Numbered from the stretch's first letter, positions 40,409 through 48,732 are shown. The stretch is DNA of 64,000 nt from Acidobacteriota bacterium (GCA_965205505.1 CBDBHB010000009.1:2560001-2624000), one strand, 5' to 3'. A program made the numbers and translations. The notes: a model not told the origin generated them from the letters alone.

Positions 40409-41187
40409 CCTCGAAAGTCCCATGAGATCAATGGGTTATGGGATTATTCGGTATCCGCCTATCTCAAGAAAGATCATTCGGGGTCGTCCTGGGGGTCGGT
40501 ATCGGTCCGACTTGTGCTTCTCGACGCTCGAGCCGCTTCCCGCTGCCGCAGCTCCTGTCTCCGCCGCTCGTTCGCGACCCATGGCCGCGGTGGCAGAGAC
40601 GCACCCGCTCCTGGCCAACGACGTAGTCGACCAGGCGCATCGGAGCCTGGATTGTGGCGCCTGGTGAGGCGAATGAGACTTTGGTGGTTGCAGCTGCTCG
40701 AGTGCGCATGCGACACCCAGGCGCCGGAGCGTTGAGACCCCCTGCGGCGCCCGGTTCTAGCCTCTACAAGGCCCGTAGACGCGCATGGGTGCGGTGCAGG
40801 TAAGTAGCTGTCGAAAGCTCGACGCGCATGGGAGGCGCGCAACCGCGTACACGTAGAGTCACCGGCCCCCTCCAACGGCCCTACGTCGTCGCCTGTGCGT
40901 GCTGTGCATGGATCTCGAGGCGCTGACCTTGCCCATTTGCCCCATTTGCGCGCTCGAGGCTCGGCGGCCGTTAGAAACGATCTGTGGGCCTCGTAGGGGG
41001 CCGGCCTCCGAGATCACGCCGCGTAGCAGCCCGCTAGCAGCGTCTCGACACGAGATGACCCCGACCAGCAGCGCCTCGCCCGCGATGCGCCGGTTTGCTA
41101 TGCCGCTCGGTCACTCCCGCACGGTCTGGGGCTCGAATGTGGCATCATTTCCAGACTATCGAAGTAGATCACCTGCCGAGGTCCGGC

Positions 41188-41865
41188 GTGCTCGACGCTG
41201 AAAGTGTTTTCTGGTTCGCCAGTACCATCGCCCAGTGTGTGGTGGCGTTGTTAGCGTTCGCTGCGTTCGTGGCAGTGTGGCGGCTCGATTCCATCACAGA
41301 TTCTCGCAAGGGTACGGCTGAACGCTTGAAAGAAGACATACGGACCGCGCTGAGCCGCTACGCGACCACGGCACAGACGGTCTTGGCCTTCTTTGAGGCA
41401 CAGGGGAGAACCTTCCCGGAAGCCATCATCTGCGGTGATCTCGGGGGGATATGGCAGCAATCACATCGCAATTGGGCCACGCTACACGAAATCGGTCAGG
41501 TGCTTACAGCGCATCGTGACAAGCTATGCTGTTCCAGTCCCAGCGCCGCGATGGACGAGGCGTGGCTCGCCACGAACGGCATCACACGGTCACTTCTCGA
41601 CGATATCGAGAAGTACACGAAGCAGATTGCTCCGACAGTCAAATTGATCGGATCTTTGCGCCGTTGGCTCCGACTAGTTACCTGTTGCAGCTTGAGCACG
41701 ATAGCGCTGAGCCTGATCGTGATCGCTGGAACGAAGCTCCTCGTAGAACACCATCCGGCGCTCTACTTCGCGTTTCTTGTGCTAGCGACGGCAACAGCCG
41801 CAACGCTGCTGTCAGCGAGCCAGCTCGGTCGAGCCATCTTCCAACAGCCAGAAGCGTGGGAGTGA
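41188..41865 (+). CDS. Hypothetical membrane protein (1 N-terminal + 2 C-terminal TM helices), element cargo; start uncertain
   Basis: Long ORF with hydrophobic segments flanking a helical soluble region. Confidence 0.6.
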   Translation: MLDAESVFWFASTIAQCVVALLAFAAFVAVWRLDSITDSRKGTAERLKEDIRTALSRYATTAQTVLAFFEAQGRTFPEAIICGDLGGIWQQSHRNWATLHEIGQVLTAHRDKLCCSSPSAAMDEAWLATNGITRSLLDDIEKYTKQIAPTVKLIGSLRRWLRLVTCCSLSTIALSLIVIAGTKLLVEHHPALYFAFLVLATATAATLLSASQLGRAIFQQPEAWE

Positions 41866-42008
41866 CGCGCGGCGCCGTGCGCGTAGGAGGCGAGTCCAAA
41901 ACGCGGTGCACTATTCGCCCGAACGGCAGCAAGTAGCGCCGCGCAACGAACCATCCTCCTAGCGTGGTAGGGTCAGCGTCGCAACTCTCTCCACCAGGAG
42001 GCACCCTG

Positions 42009-42533
42009 ATGGGACGCCTAATTCTCTTCGCGGCCACTCTGTTTCTGTTGGCCGCGCCTGCCAGCGCCCAGCAACAAGACGATCGTATCCTGAAAGGGGT
42101 TGTGGACTGGAGCTCCCGAGTCGAGCATCGAGACGACGGACTGAGCATTCTGACTTACGACCTATCAGAATCATCGAGGAATCCACGTGCTAAGGAAGTA
42201 TTTACCTACATCGTCTTTACGTCGATAGACCCTCCTGGTCTAAGCCCAATCGTTACCTTAAATCTAACTCCTCCTGAATTCTCTCGGAACTACTACACTC
42301 TGGCGGTGGTGAACTTCGGAAACCGAACTGCTACCGGAAAAGTCACCCTGAAACTCACCGGTCCTACCAGATGGACTCGAACATTCCGAAACGCGACGGT
42401 GCCGGGTCCTGGCTACGCGGTGTTCTATTTCCAGGGACAACCGCTGAATCGAATAGGGAACTACCTTCTCAAGGGATCGTTCACGCGTGCAGGGTCGATG
42501 AAGTCTCGCTTCTGCGCTGGATGCCTCCGCTAG
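42009..42533 (+). CDS. Hypothetical secreted beta-rich protein, element cargo
   Basis: AGGAG RBS, signal peptide ending ASA-Q, visibly lower GC. Confidence 0.7.
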   Translation: MGRLILFAATLFLLAAPASAQQQDDRILKGVVDWSSRVEHRDDGLSILTYDLSESSRNPRAKEVFTYIVFTSIDPPGLSPIVTLNLTPPEFSRNYYTLAVVNFGNRTATGKVTLKLTGPTRWTRTFRNATVPGPGYAVFYFQGQPLNRIGNYLLKGSFTRAGSMKSRFCAGCLR

Positions 42534-42939
42534 AGCCCGGCGCTGACAATGACCGGGGCTTGCGGGCGGGAGCCCCTTTCCCCGAGTCAAACTGAGACAC
42601 TACCCAAGTTCGCGCCGTTTCCGTCGCTTGGCGCCCCGGGCTACGGCTGTCATCAACGGCCAGGCGTGTCCCCGCTGCGGATTCCGGGCGCTCTCGCCAG
42701 GTCCTCGAGGGCCTTCCGAGCCTCCGACAGCGTAATCACGGCCTCACGCAGATGAGCGTCGACTAGGCCGTCGGTGAACCACTCACTGTCGCCCGCGTGC
42801 GAAGCAGGCGGCCACAGGTCTTGCTGACGACAACGCCGAAGTGTCGCTGTTTCAATGCGTCGATAAGGCGGCAAGCTGTGCGGGTCGTTCAACGATTCAG
42901 GCATCCCACCTCTGTGGACAGCACTTCGGCTTGCTCCAG

Positions 42940-43194
42940 CACTGCGCAGGGTGTCGTTACCGAGCACATGGACGGCGCTGTCATTGGTCTCCAGCGCATC
43001 GTAGAAGGCCAGCTCATCCTTGGATAGCCTCAGATCTTCACCGCGGGCACTTGCCTCACGCATCTCCGGGGGTCAACTGGATCAGCTCCGTGATCACCTG
43101 TGCGGTCTCAATGGCTCCGCCCGACAAACAGGAAAGGGCGGCGCAGGCCGTGCTCCAGCAAGCGGTGGTGCTGTCCGTCGGCTGGGCGGCGTGA
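42940..43194. pseudogene. Two back-to-back fragments of a type I restriction HsdR C-terminal region
   Basis: Minus strand: [45 protein letters not shown]; plus strand from 43117: PPDKQERAAQAVLQQAVVLSVGWAA*. Confidence 0.8.
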
Positions 43195-43274
43195 CACCAG
43201 ATCTGGGGCCGCAGTTGGCGATACGACGCACTGGCCTGCGTCTACGAGGCACGTGCCCCCCGTGCCCCGGTCCT

Positions 43275-44240
43275 TCAGCGTCTCGCCCCGGTCCGCGGCA
43301 GCGCGGCGGAGATCGCCACGAGCTTCGTCCGCACCGCGGCCGCATGCCCGCTCCACTCCGCTATCACTTCGTCCTTCGCCACGAGCTCACCGCCCCACAC
43401 CTTGAGCGTCTGCTCCGCAAGGTGTCGCTGCGCCCGCTCCTTTAGCGCCCTCTCCCCCACCGCGTCCAGGAACTCGGCAGGCTGCGCAGTCTCGTCGCGC
43501 TCCGATACCCACGCCTCGACGTCTTCGAGCCGGTAGCCATGTGGCCGACCGACCGACCCACGACGCGCCACCGGCATCCCGGCGTCTACCATCTTGGAAA
43601 TCCCTTTCACGCTCCGGCCCAACGCCGCCGACAGCTCCGCACGGCCTAGCAGCTTCTCGACTCCCAGGATCTCGTCGGTGTGCGCGCGACCCAGGAACGA
43701 GCCGCCCTCGAAAGCTTCGCCCGGCTTTTGGAGTTTCCACAACTCTTCCACAGCCGCGAGGTATTCCCCGGGAAGGTCACCACCGGCAAAGAGCGTGAAG
43801 TTCTCGAGGTGCTTGTTCGCGTTCAGGTTCGCCGACGTCGTGTAGAGCACGTCCAGCTTCCCGCCCAGCACGAGGACGAATTTCGCGTGCGAGTTCCACA
43901 CCCGGAGCGCCTGGTCGCCGAATAGGTGGCGCGCGCGGCCACAGTATCGCGGCTGCCTCGATTCGAAGGAACGGTCAACGAGTAGACGGAGAGGCTTGAT
44001 CCGCCCGTCCTGTAGCAGCCGCTCCGCCCGCTCAATGTCGGCGTTCGCCGCCGTCCAGGTCGACACCGTGACGTCGCTCGGGCCGCACCGCTCGAGCAGC
44101 TCTTCTATAGCGTCGATCAGCGACCAAGTCCCATCGGAGAGGCCATGGATCGAGCAACCGTCCGCGAGCCCTTCGAACGCCTCCGAGGGTCCTTTGCTGT
44201 TGCGACCGACCCACGCCGAGCGCTCCTGACCTTCAGGCAC
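43275..44240 (-). CDS. Fusion of a PLD-like nuclease domain and a lambda Nu1-like small terminase (wHTH + coiled coil)
   Basis: HAKF...TSANLN; LGRAELSAALGRSVKGISKMVDAGMPVARRGSVGRPHGYRLEDVEAW resembles the gpNu1 N-terminus. Confidence 0.72.
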   Translation of the reverse strand: MPEGQERSAWVGRNSKGPSEAFEGLADGCSIHGLSDGTWSLIDAIEELLERCGPSDVTVSTWTAANADIERAERLLQDGRIKPLRLLVDRSFESRQPRYCGRARHLFGDQALRVWNSHAKFVLVLGGKLDVLYTTSANLNANKHLENFTLFAGGDLPGEYLAAVEELWKLQKPGEAFEGGSFLGRAHTDEILGVEKLLGRAELSAALGRSVKGISKMVDAGMPVARRGSVGRPHGYRLEDVEAWVSERDETAQPAEFLDAVGERALKERAQRHLAEQTLKVWGGELVAKDEVIAEWSGHAAAVRTKLVAISAALPRTGARR

Positions 44241-44264
44241 CCCAACCCCCCCCTAGGGCCGCAC

Positions 44265-44325
44265 AAAAAATTAACGAGATTCTGCGCCGTCCACTCCCGT
44301 TAGCGATGACCTCGGCGAAGAACCT
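44265..44325 (-). other. Putative lambda-like cos site (cosQ-cosN-AT-rich tract)
   Basis: Minus strand AGGTTCT-18bp-ACGGGAGTGGACGGCGCAGAATCTCGTTAATTTTTT immediately upstream of the terS-like gene. Confidence 0.55.
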
Positions 44326-44381
44326 ATAGGCACCCCCACCCCCTGCCGGTGGCCGCGCTCGAAGCGATCGCCGCCGCTTGA

Positions 44382-45476
44382 TCACGATGTCACCGGCCGA
44401 CGGTGCTCGTAGCCGTCGTGGCGAGTCTCGGCGTAGGGATCTTCCAGGTCCGCGAACTCCTGCAAGAACCGCTGGCCGGATTCGTCCAGGTCGGCGAGCG
44501 GTACAAGGTCGCCAACGGTCTTGACGTCCTCGCCGCCGAGTTGGTCTTTCCAGTGGTCAGGCTTCGGCCTCGGCTTCGGTGGCTCGATCACCGTTGAACG
44601 TTGCTCATCGGTGGACGTCGTTGCCGGCGTTGCCGGTGGTCGTGCTGGCTCGCTCGCTTGCTCCGCTCTCATCTCTGCATGTGCCTCGGCGAGCGCTTGG
44701 TCGAGGTCGACAGGCTTGCCCCTTACCCCGCCGCTTTTTGCGGCTGTCGGTGGTGGTGAGTCACCCGGATGTGGCGGTTCCTCTCCGATGGGCCCGCCGC
44801 TCGATTTCCACGGATCGGCGCCCAAATCGCCGCCGGCCTCCTTGTCTCTCTCAGGCGCCCCGACGGACGGCGGCGGCGGAGCCTCCAGCGCAGCCGCAGC
44901 CGCGGCCGGTTTCCTCTGTTCAATGAAGGGGGGGGCGCTGTAGGCGCCCCCCTTCTCAGTTACTTGGACAGTTAGGGGGCCTGTGAGTCCGGGTTGAATG
45001 GACTGTGAGTCCGGGTTGGAGCACTTTTTGGACTGTGTGGCCGGGTTGGACTTGGGGCCAGTCCCTCCACCGCGTAGCAGCCAATACGTATTCGAGCGGC
45101 GCCCGTGGCTGCGGCCGGTGAGTAGCTTCCCCTTCCGTTCTAGCTCGCGAATCCCGCGCCGGATTGTCCGCGCCGAAACTCGCGCTTTGGCTGCCATTAA
45201 CTCGACGGACGGAAACGATTTGCCGGTGCCTTGGCTCGCGTGGCGCAGCAGCATAAATTCCACAAACTTCGCGCGCCATGAGGTCTCGTCGTCGTCGCAG
45301 ATTTCCGCCAAGGCTGTCAGCGCCATAAATCCCCTCTTCGGCTCTGGCGTTTCCGGTGGCTTCGATGCCATCGCCATCGGGTCACCGAGCACCACGGCGG
45401 CGGTGCCGCCTGCCCTTTCAAGAACGTCGCGCGGAGCGGCACGCTCCACTGGCGCCAGCGTCGCGGACCTAGACAT
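44382..45476 (-). CDS. HTH-domain replication initiator-like protein
   Basis: SFPSVELMAAKARVSARTIRRGIRELERKG...RSNTYWL wHTH; internal iteron-like repeats. Confidence 0.72.
   Translation of the reverse strand: MSRSATLAPVERAAPRDVLERAGGTAAVVLGDPMAMASKPPETPEPKRGFMALTALAEICDDDETSWRAKFVEFMLLRHASQGTGKSFPSVELMAAKARVSARTIRRGIRELERKGKLLTGRSHGRRSNTYWLLRGGGTGPKSNPATQSKKCSNPDSQSIQPGLTGPLTVQVTEKGGAYSAPPFIEQRKPAAAAAALEAPPPPSVGAPERDKEAGGDLGADPWKSSGGPIGEEPPHPGDSPPPTAAKSGGVRGKPVDLDQALAEAHAEMRAEQASEPARPPATPATTSTDEQRSTVIEPPKPRPKPDHWKDQLGGEDVKTVGDLVPLADLDESGQRFLQEFADLEDPYAETRHDGYEHRRPVTS
44981..45050. repeat. Three iteron-like direct repeats CTGTGwGkCCGGGTTG-type (putative origin)
   Basis: Copies start at 44981, 45003 and 45033; adjacent GC hairpin at ~44925-44955. 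Confidence 0.75.
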
Positions 45477-45732
45477 GACGCTCCGCCCAGGCTTTCGGAT
45501 TCGCCCACCACTCAAGTACTTCGGCGGCGTCGTAGAGTTTGCGCCCGCCAACTTCTCGGGGCTCCGGAAACTTCCCATTGCGGCGCAGGCGCCATCTGGT
45601 CTTACGACTCAGGAGTCCCAGGCGATCGAGATCCCGCTCGCTCCACGCGAGTTGTCCAAGCAACTCGTCGGCGTTGCTCGCCTGCTCAGGCTGCTGGCGC
45701 GGCTTACTTACCACGGATCGCTGACGTTTCAC
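45469..45732 (-). CDS. AlpA-like HTH transcriptional regulator
   Basis: LSRKTRWRLRRNGKFPEPREVGGRKLYDAAEVLEW. Confidence 0.75.
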   Translation of the reverse strand: MKRQRSVVSKPRQQPEQASNADELLGQLAWSERDLDRLGLLSRKTRWRLRRNGKFPEPREVGGRKLYDAAEVLEWWANPKAWAERHV

Positions 45733-45736
45733 CGCC

Positions 45737-45946
45737 CTACTCCCGGATTCCGCCGGTGACGCTACTGCGTCGGCTATCTATCAGGCGCTCGAGATCCGAT
45801 CGTCTGATGAGGCGGACACCGGACGGCGTCCGAGTCGCGCGAAGCTTTCCGCAGTTGGTCCACAGCCGGACTGTCGCCGGAGTTACGCCCGCGAGCCGAG
45901 CGGCTTCCGCTGGAAGTAGGACGGGGTCGTTCGATGCTTCTTTCAT
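45737..45946 (-). CDS. Excisionase-like / MerR-type HTH DNA-binding protein
   Basis: PAEAARLAGVTPATVRLW...GKLRATRTPSGVRLIRRSDLE. Confidence 0.8.
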   Translation of the reverse strand: MKEASNDPVLLPAEAARLAGVTPATVRLWTNCGKLRATRTPSGVRLIRRSDLERLIDSRRSSVTGGIRE

Positions 45947-46054
45947 TTAGCTAGGCATTCTGCCAGCCTGGCTTGTGTGGTGCAACATATAACATATAGA
46001 ATTACGTTTAAACGATTGGCGCGGAAATCGAGCCCTTTGTCTGTGAGGAGAGAG

Positions 46055-46777
46055 ATGCCGAAGCGAACTCCATCAATCAGCCCCGAGATCAGGGCCGGCC
46101 TTGCCCGGCACAAGGCAGAGAAAGCGAATCCGGCGTATCAGGAGTGGCTCTCGAAGCTGAAGGCAGCATCGAAGCGAATCGGCGACACTGCTGCCGCTCG
46201 GCTCACGTGGCTGTGCGCGTTCGCGCGAGAGAATCTGGAAACGGCCGATCGGGTCGAGCTCGGAGAGTGCTTAGTCGCCTTCGGCCACGGCGGGTTCCCA
46301 GCGTTCCTCGTCGGCGGCGTCGATTTGCCACCCCCACTCGCCGACGAAGATCTCGATCGGCTCCATAAGGAGGTCCGCGGGCTGTTGAGGAAGCTTGTCG
46401 GTGAGCCGGCGGGCCAGGCGGTCGAGGTGCCCTTTGTCGAAGGAGCACGACCGCATCTCGTTCGCGCGACGAATGTCGGTGACCAGCCGGCCATCTTCGG
46501 GCTGACCTGGAGCCAACAAACCGTCTATAGCGCCGTCTTCACGGAACTCCTCGAAATCGTGAACCGCCACGGAGACCGCTTGCGCGCGTGCGACGAATGC
46601 GGGGGTCCGTTCGTAAGGATCCGGCGCCAACAATACTGCTCGCGGGCGTGCTCACAGCGCCGCCGGTCCGCTAGGTGGTACGAGCGGCATGGGGAGGAAG
46701 CCCGCCAACGAAGGAAGGACGACTACCAAAGGAAGGTCGCTCCGGCCAGGGTCAGGCGCCGCAAGAGGGGAGGCTAA
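46055..46777 (+). CDS. CGNR-type zinc finger protein
   Basis: RLRACDECGGPFVRIRRQQYCSRAC followed by a basic tail; GAGGAG RBS. Confidence 0.7.
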   Translation: MPKRTPSISPEIRAGLARHKAEKANPAYQEWLSKLKAASKRIGDTAAARLTWLCAFARENLETADRVELGECLVAFGHGGFPAFLVGGVDLPPPLADEDLDRLHKEVRGLLRKLVGEPAGQAVEVPFVEGARPHLVRATNVGDQPAIFGLTWSQQTVYSAVFTELLEIVNRHGDRLRACDECGGPFVRIRRQQYCSRACSQRRRSARWYERHGEEARQRRKDDYQRKVAPARVRRRKRGG

Positions 46778-46786
46778 GTGAGACAG

Positions 46787-48076
46787 CTACGCAAGCGCGG
46801 TCTCCCGCCCGAGCGCCACCACCTTGCCTGCGGTCGCCGGGTCGAGCGCAGCGACGTGCTGACCCCATAATTGGAGCGCCTCGCGCTTTTCGCCGAGCAA
46901 ATCATATGCGGTGTAATGCACCGCTGTCGTGCCCACCGGCGCATGCCCGGCGATCGCCGAGACGACGCTGCCAGGGGTCTTGCAGATGCGCTTGAGGCCG
47001 TCGAGGACCGTGCCTCGCAGATCTCGAATCCACCATTCTTCACCGAGGTCAGCAGCGTCGCGAACGCGCTGGTAGGCGTCCCGGTAGTTCGTGAAGGCCA
47101 AGCCGTCGCGAGTCGGCGACGGGAACATGAAGCCGCTGCGATCCTCGAAGGCGTGCAGCTCGGATAGGACTGCGCGCGGTTGCGACGAAAGCGGTATCAG
47201 GTGATGCTCCGGCGCGTGACGCGAGCGTCGCAGCTTCGTTCGGGCCTTGGGAATACCCCACACCCCGTCGCCATCAGTATCGACTTCATGCCACGCGCCC
47301 TCGAAGACCTCCATGGGGCGAAGGCCGGTGAGTGCCAGTAACCGAAAGCCGAGCCCGGCAAGGCCACCTTCTCTCCGGAAAAGGGGCAGGAGAGTCCGGA
47401 GCTCCTCGTCGGCCAAGATCCGCTTTCGCGGCTTCTCGAGGGCCGGATCCTGGAGGCGAGCCGCCGGATTCCCCGTGAGGCCAGGCTCGTCGCGGTCGAG
47501 GCCCCACGTGTAGATACGGGACAGCAGCGCCGCGGTTCGATTCCGGGCGGTATAGGCACCGCGGTCCTCGTACTCGTCGAGCAGCTCGACGATGTCACGC
47601 TTCCGGATCTCGCCCGCCGGCCGATCACCCCACCGGCCGATCAGGACCTTCTCGACGAGGTTTTCTTCTGCCCGAGCCGACTTTGCGACCTTCCTTACCT
47701 TCGCGTACCGAGCGATGTACTCACGCGCGAGTTGCTTGAACGTGACGGCCTCTCGCGCCTCCCGTCGCTCGGCGGCCGGATCGAGCCCGATGCGGACATC
47801 CTGCAGGACCTTCTTGGCGCGCTTACGCGCCTCGGCCAGCGATATTCGCTCCGGGTCCGTCGCGCCCGGTCCTTTCCTCGGTGAGTCCTCAGTGAGTCCC
47901 AGCGTTACCCGCGGGCGCTTCCCGCCCTTCCAGTAGGAAACGGTGAAGGTCTTCCGCCCGGAAGGGCTCACGCGAAGGATCAATCCGGGCACCTCGATGT
48001 CGTGATAATCTGTGCGCCCTGCCTTCGGCACCGATAAGCTTTTGATCCCTTGCGCGGTCAACTTCGTCTTCGGCAT
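46787..48076 (-). CDS. Tyrosine integrase with an N-terminal arm-binding domain (P4-like)
   Basis: PGLILRVSPSGRKTF arm domain; LTGLRP (R), IRDLRGT, AGH...HY catalytic residues. Confidence 0.93.
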   Translation of the reverse strand: MPKTKLTAQGIKSLSVPKAGRTDYHDIEVPGLILRVSPSGRKTFTVSYWKGGKRPRVTLGLTEDSPRKGPGATDPERISLAEARKRAKKVLQDVRIGLDPAAERREAREAVTFKQLAREYIARYAKVRKVAKSARAEENLVEKVLIGRWGDRPAGEIRKRDIVELLDEYEDRGAYTARNRTAALLSRIYTWGLDRDEPGLTGNPAARLQDPALEKPRKRILADEELRTLLPLFRREGGLAGLGFRLLALTGLRPMEVFEGAWHEVDTDGDGVWGIPKARTKLRRSRHAPEHHLIPLSSQPRAVLSELHAFEDRSGFMFPSPTRDGLAFTNYRDAYQRVRDAADLGEEWWIRDLRGTVLDGLKRICKTPGSVVSAIAGHAPVGTTAVHYTAYDLLGEKREALQLWGQHVAALDPATAGKVVALGRETALA

Positions 48077-48118
48077 ATGCTTCTCGGGGTCAGTTCGGGG
48101 TCGGTAGTCAGCCGCCAC

Positions 48119-48147
48119 TTGCTGACACAATCCGACCCCAGTATACT
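48119..48147 (+). promoter_or_regulatory. Outward-facing sigma70-type promoter in the element's right arm
   Basis: TTGCTG-17bp-TATACT. Confidence 0.5.
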
Positions 48148-48283
48148 CGCTAATACGCCTTAGCTATAGGGTATTAGCCATTTCATGCAGGGTCACGGAG
48201 TGGCGTTCGGGGGCAATATTTGATGATTTGTAATCAGCAGGTCGGAGGTTCGAATCCGCCCGCCAGCTCTGGTTGTACCTAGA

Positions 48284-48366
48284 GGAGAGTTGCCCGAGCG
48301 GCCAAAGGGAGCAGACTGTAAATCTGCCGGCTAATGCCTACGGAGGTTCGAATCCTCCACTCTCCA
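48284..48366 (+). tRNA. tRNA-Tyr(GTA)
   Basis: GGAGAGT/ACTCTCC stem, GCAGA-CTGTAAA-TCTGC, long variable arm. Confidence 0.95.
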
Positions 48367-48585
48367 CCTTCGTCTCTTGGCGCCTGAGTCACCAGCCGGC
48401 CGCCATCCGGCACCACCGCGACGACCTGTTGGTGGCCGGCGCCAGCGTCGGCACCAGGCCCGGCGTCCGCCTGTTCGACTACACTGGCAGCCGGCTTCTC
48501 GACCTCGAGGTCCTCTCCGCCGGCGTCCAGTAACTTCTGGCCGTACGGGTGCGGTTGCTCGAGCGCTGGCCTCCGCGCCCCCGAC

Positions 48586-48614
48586 TTGGCGCCTGTGTTG
48601 AGGGGTGATAGCAT
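48586..48614 (+). promoter_or_regulatory. Sigma70-type promoter upstream of tRNA-Gly/Thr-tuf
   Basis: TTGGCG-17bp-TAGCAT with extended -10 TG. Confidence 0.45.
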
Positions 48615-48658
48615 ACCCGTTCTCGCACAGGAGAACTCTGTGCACACCACGGTACGAG

Positions 48659-48732
48659 GCGGGAATAGCTCAATCTGGTAGAGCGCCAGCCTTCCAAGCT
48701 GGGGGTTGCGGGTTCGAGTCCCGTTTCCCGCT
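48659..48732 (+). tRNA. tRNA-Gly(TCC)
   Basis: GCGGGAA/TTCCCGC stem, CCAGC-CTTCCAA-GCTGG. Confidence 0.95.

Larger units (their letters stand above)
40364..48269. mobile_element. Integrated phage-satellite-like element bounded by a duplicated tRNA-Thr 3' half
   Basis: 46-bp direct repeat at 40364-40409 and 48224-48269 (first 30 bp identical); tyrosine integrase next to the right copy. Confidence 0.92.

Noticed and set aside
40510-41180. Small ORFs or a structured RNA at the left end of the island
   Set aside because: No convincing RBS, motif or stable fold seen by eye; left unannotated.
48224-48269. Additional tRNA-Thr gene
   Set aside because: It lacks the 5' acceptor strand and D-arm; it is the att duplication.
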